From positions 1 through 64,000 of the forward strand of contig DF237258.1 in NCBI GenBank assembly GCA_000708835.1: a stretch of DNA of 64,000 nt. Reading direction: 5' to 3'. Both the position numbers and the translations under genes were made by a program. This DNA comes from Klebsormidium nitens. Taxonomy: Eukaryota > Plantae > Klebsormidiophyceae. A model generated the notes under the pieces. That model made no database searches. It was given only the letters and a program-made list of their open reading frames with translations, and was not told where the DNA came from. Shown piece after piece: positions 60,550-64,000 of the stretch (positions are counted from its first letter, which is position 1; each line of letters begins with the position of its first letter).

Positions 60550-62710
60550 ATTTCCGAAAAGCATACCTCATTTTCAGTATCGCTTCTACGCTTGCTTCCG
60601 GCATCTTTTATTGAGAACAGGAAATTTGAAAGGACTTCTGATCTCACATGATTCAAGAATTAGCTACTTGACTTGGCTATTTTAGCGTCTTGCGTCCTTG
60701 AACTTCTTCTCTTCCTCCTGACGCATGAAAATCTTACAGCGGAAGCTTGCAATGAAGCGAGGGCTGCCAAATCCTATGCAAGCATCTGATTGAGCTTGAG
60801 AATGTGATCGTCAAGATCGTTGCATATCCTGCAAGAGCAACAAATTTTGATCAGTCCGTATGGATACACCAAAATGCCACACAGAAATGAGATTCTTGAC
60901 TCACGTAGCTCACTGCTCAACAATCGTTTAGCTTTCGACAAAAGGATGGCATGCAACAGCGCGCGACAGTAACTTCCCAGCTTTCGAGATGCTCACCGTC
61001 GCTTTTCATCTCTTTCTTGGGTCGCCGCGTACAATTGAGCCTCCACCCTCTGGCTCTCTTCAGAAGCAGAGTTCAAGTCCGACTTTCTACTCTTCAGTTT
61101 GCTCTCCAGGTCTTTTGCTTCTTTGAGGTGTCGAAGTTTTGTCTCCTTCAGCTTCTGTTCAAGTTCGTCCGATGATGCCTCAGTGTCTCCGACCTGTTTC
61201 ACAACTTCCTTCTGTCTTCGCTCGAGATCTGCACGTCAAGAAAGGTCTATTAGGTCCGTACGAAGGAGTTCAAGCTTTGAACACCTAGATAGTAAGAATG
61301 ACCTCTACTAAACGTGATCGTTCTATTGCAAACTCGTCTTTCAGGCCAGCACACTTGTTCAATCGATCGCTCGAAGCATCGAAGATCTCAACCAGGCGTA
61401 TGTATCGCCACCGCTTGTGGATTTTCAATTGCAGAGTACGTCGATTGATGTGCAAGGCATGTTCGCAGAGCGCACGTACCTTCAATCGCTCTATTCAGCT
61501 CCTTCTCCTTTCCATCGAGGTTGTCAATGACGGTGACAGTTTGGGACCGCTGGTGGTCTAGCTCGTTCTGTAGCTGTACAACAAGATCGTAACCTGTAGA
61601 TTAGTTTGAAAGAAAGCCAAATCGATGATGGAACTCATTTCGACAATCCACAAAACTAGACAAAGAGGGGCTGCGCCATTTGGCGCACAACATAGTCCAT
61701 GTCTTTGCGGTCATGATATGCTCCAGAAGTGCATACGAATTCACTTGCCGTCGACTTGTCGTTCACAACACTTACTGCTTGCAGCTTGCGTGATAGTTCG
61801 TCGATGATCGTCTGCTGTTTCACTTGCGTATCAGCAATCAACTTCTCGTGGTGCTGTATCTGCTCTATCTGCTCCCTGTAGACCGCCGATGTCTCTCCTT
61901 CTTTCGTCTCGAGATTCTCATGAATCGTCTGGAGCTCTCTGTAAGGATTTGCAAGATTTCAAGTGTTCTGGTCGACTTACATAGACCTTTTCAAAGCTCA
62001 AAGATTGGTTGAATGGAACACATGAGGCAACCGCAACAGCGTGGCTTTTCTGGGTGTTTATTTGGCGGGGTACAAAGTAATCAAGACAGTGCAAGCTCGG
62101 CGAACCGAAGACCTTTCGAAAACGCTCACTTGATCTCGTCCCTTTGCTTTTCCAAGTTCTGACGAAGGCTGCTGGTCTCTCGTCGTGTAAGCAGCAGACG
62201 ACGTTCTTGATGCTTTGATTCCTCAATCTGCAATAAGCACCGCTGCTGGACTTCGTCCCTTTGCTCCTGGAGCTGAACCAGAAGCTGAGCCTTGGAGTCC
62301 TGGAGCTGCACTTCCACCTGGCAATGCAGCGCATCGCCGAAAGTCATGGACGGTCTTGAAACAGCTCCCCAAGGGCGACGATTTTCTTGTGAGATAGAGT
62401 ACTCAGCAAAGGCGATCTTTCAAAATGAGATTGCTCCGCGTGCTTCAGAATGCCAATAGTGGCAAGGTCTTCAGTAGACCTCCTCACCTGCAACCGCGTT
62501 TTCTGCTCCTCTAGCGTCCTTGCCATCTGCAACAGCCTTAAATGGAAGCTTGATTGGACCTCCATCTCAACGGACACAAGTTTCCACCTTGGCAAAGAGC
62601 CTGATACTCACAAGCAAGCTCAAGCTACTGAAAGCTCTCCAACTATGTCATACCTCCTTACTTCCAATTCCTGATATTCGTGCTTTCTTTTTAAGGTCAC
62701 GAGCTAATTA
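60550..62710 (-). pseudogene. Coiled-coil protein gene, multi-exon, probably degenerate
   Basis: GT-AG exons encode heptad-rich E/K/Q/L sequence (VEVQLQDSKAQLLVQLQEQRDEV..., ELQTIHENLETKEG..., LERRQKEVVKQVGDTEASSDELEQKLKE...). In-frame TAG at 60774-60776 and some phase inconsistencies. Confidence 0.45.
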
Positions 62711-63409
62711 GTCCTGTAGCATACAAGCTGAAGTCAGGTTTCATAGATGGGGGAGCTGTGCCAAAACTCCGGGGAATTGACGGCATTGTTCAACTTATCA
62801 ATATGATCAGTTCTCTTGTGCGCTGTGTTCAATCTGCAACCTTTCTCAGCAGAAAGTGAATGCTTCTTGTTGAAACATCGGTGGTCAGCATGCACAGCGG
62901 ATCACGTGAGACGTCGTCTTCGTCATACGAATCTAGGATACTCGACACCTAGTATCTAGAAGAAAGTCCCCGACGCATTGCCTTAAGAGAAAGACCTGGC
63001 CTACAAACACGATCATCTGTGCACCCAAACCACCATACCTATCCCACCCGTTCTGGGAGCGTGTCCTAGAAGTAAGTTTAACATGAGGTCCTCAAAAGCG
63101 CGCAAACAAACGTTGCTTTCATACTCTGGCCTTACGACTACAAAATGTACGCTTTTACTGATGATGCAAACGCTGAATCACCTTCAATGAACAAAAGAAG
63201 AACCAGGTTCCAGAAATTTTGACAACTTTCTTGTCTCCGAAGGGGCCTGTCTGGGCCTGTCTCCTAAGGTGCACAGCCCGCATGGGACGCGTAGGATTTA
63301 TTTGGTGGTTATTATAGAGAGTCACCGCTTTTTACAAAAGTGCTTCAAGATCGCGCCACTAAGTTCAGGTTATATCGCGATGTCACCAACACAACGTGAC
63401 GAAATGTCT

Positions 63410-63584
63410 CTTCAATTTAGGTAAAGTAAGCTCGAGGTATAGTAAGCTCCCAGCCTAACACTGAAAACCTAACCCTTGAAATCACCCGCTCCGCACCCGA
63501 ACCCACCCTATCCCCCAAACTAACCCCACCCGTCCCAGGCTGCTTGGCTTACTTTACCTGAAGCTTACTTTACCTAAATTGAAG
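63410..63584. mobile_element. Small MITE-like foldback element, 175 bp
   Basis: About 47-bp imperfect TIRs whose first 23 bp (CTTCAATTTAGGTAAAGTAAGCT) are perfect. TCT flanks both ends (possible 3-bp TSD). The interior is the C-rich dispersed repeat. Confidence 0.6.
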
Positions 63585-64000
63585 TCTTATCGTGACGAAT
63601 GCCTGCAGCCTAGACCGAGGTGTAAAGCTAGAGCCAGAATCAAAGTCGGCTAGCTCGTTATGATTGGCCCGGAAGATCCTGATGTCATATCATATACTAT
63701 GTTCGGCCATTGTCACCATGGGAATTTTGTGCTCAGATACAAGTCACGGCGCGAGTGCACAGCTCAGTGCCAACTCAATAACGTTGAGCACAAATGAAAA
63801 TGTGGTTTGCCGCGTGTATGATCAAAATCTTGTAGATTCTTACATGTCTGGCATGCGCACAACTCTCAGCCTCCGCGGCCGCTAGACAGCAGGCCCAGAT
63901 CATGCACCTAGTGCAAGATTCAGCGAAGGTGTACACGCATTTTATACGCCTAGCTAAAGCTCTTTGCGCTTCTTTATAATGCGGTCACGCGAACACAATA

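Noticed and set aside
39078-62710. Idea that TAA/TAG encode Gln (ulvophyte-type code) to explain in-frame stops
   Set aside because: Conserved genes end at their expected C-termini with TAG (CPR, DEG9) and TAA (SDS22), and their exons contain no internal TAR codons.
63664-63885. 73-aa ORF with a signal-peptide-like start
   Set aside because: Short, followed by further stops and close to the window edge; cannot be supported.
1-64000. CRISPR arrays, rRNA, prokaryotic operons, transposase or viral genes
   Set aside because: None seen; the window is eukaryotic nuclear DNA with only non-autonomous elements.

Overview
This is a eukaryotic nuclear window, not a prokaryotic one. The genes have GT-AG spliceosomal introns of mostly a few hundred bp and GC-rich exons, and the gene set is plant-like. 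I infer a streptophyte green alga (Klebsormidium-like), which is unconfirmed. Apparently intact genes: NADPH-cytochrome P450 reductase (-), SDS22/PP1 regulatory LRR protein (+), MYND-finger protein (+), HIT4 homologue (-), aspartate kinase (+), an intron-containing tRNA-Gly(GCC) (-), a 13-exon bacterial-type GH29-like glycosidase with five F5/8-type C carbohydrate-binding domains (+), an intronless F-box protein with about 4 C-terminal TM helices (+), an LRR receptor kinase (+) and DEG9 protease (-). A disrupted, inverted paralogue of the F-box/TM gene lies on the far side of the receptor kinase. There are three MITE-like elements (TAA-TSD, TA-TSD and a 175-bp one) and several decayed multi-exon gene relics. 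The most interesting items are the intron-colonised bacterial-type glycosidase/lectin gene, the membrane-anchored F-box pair bracketing an LRR-RLK, and the intron-containing tRNA-Gly flanked by inverted GC-hairpin repeats. Family calls come from motif recognition by eye; no database search was run. CDS coordinates give the gene span including introns.
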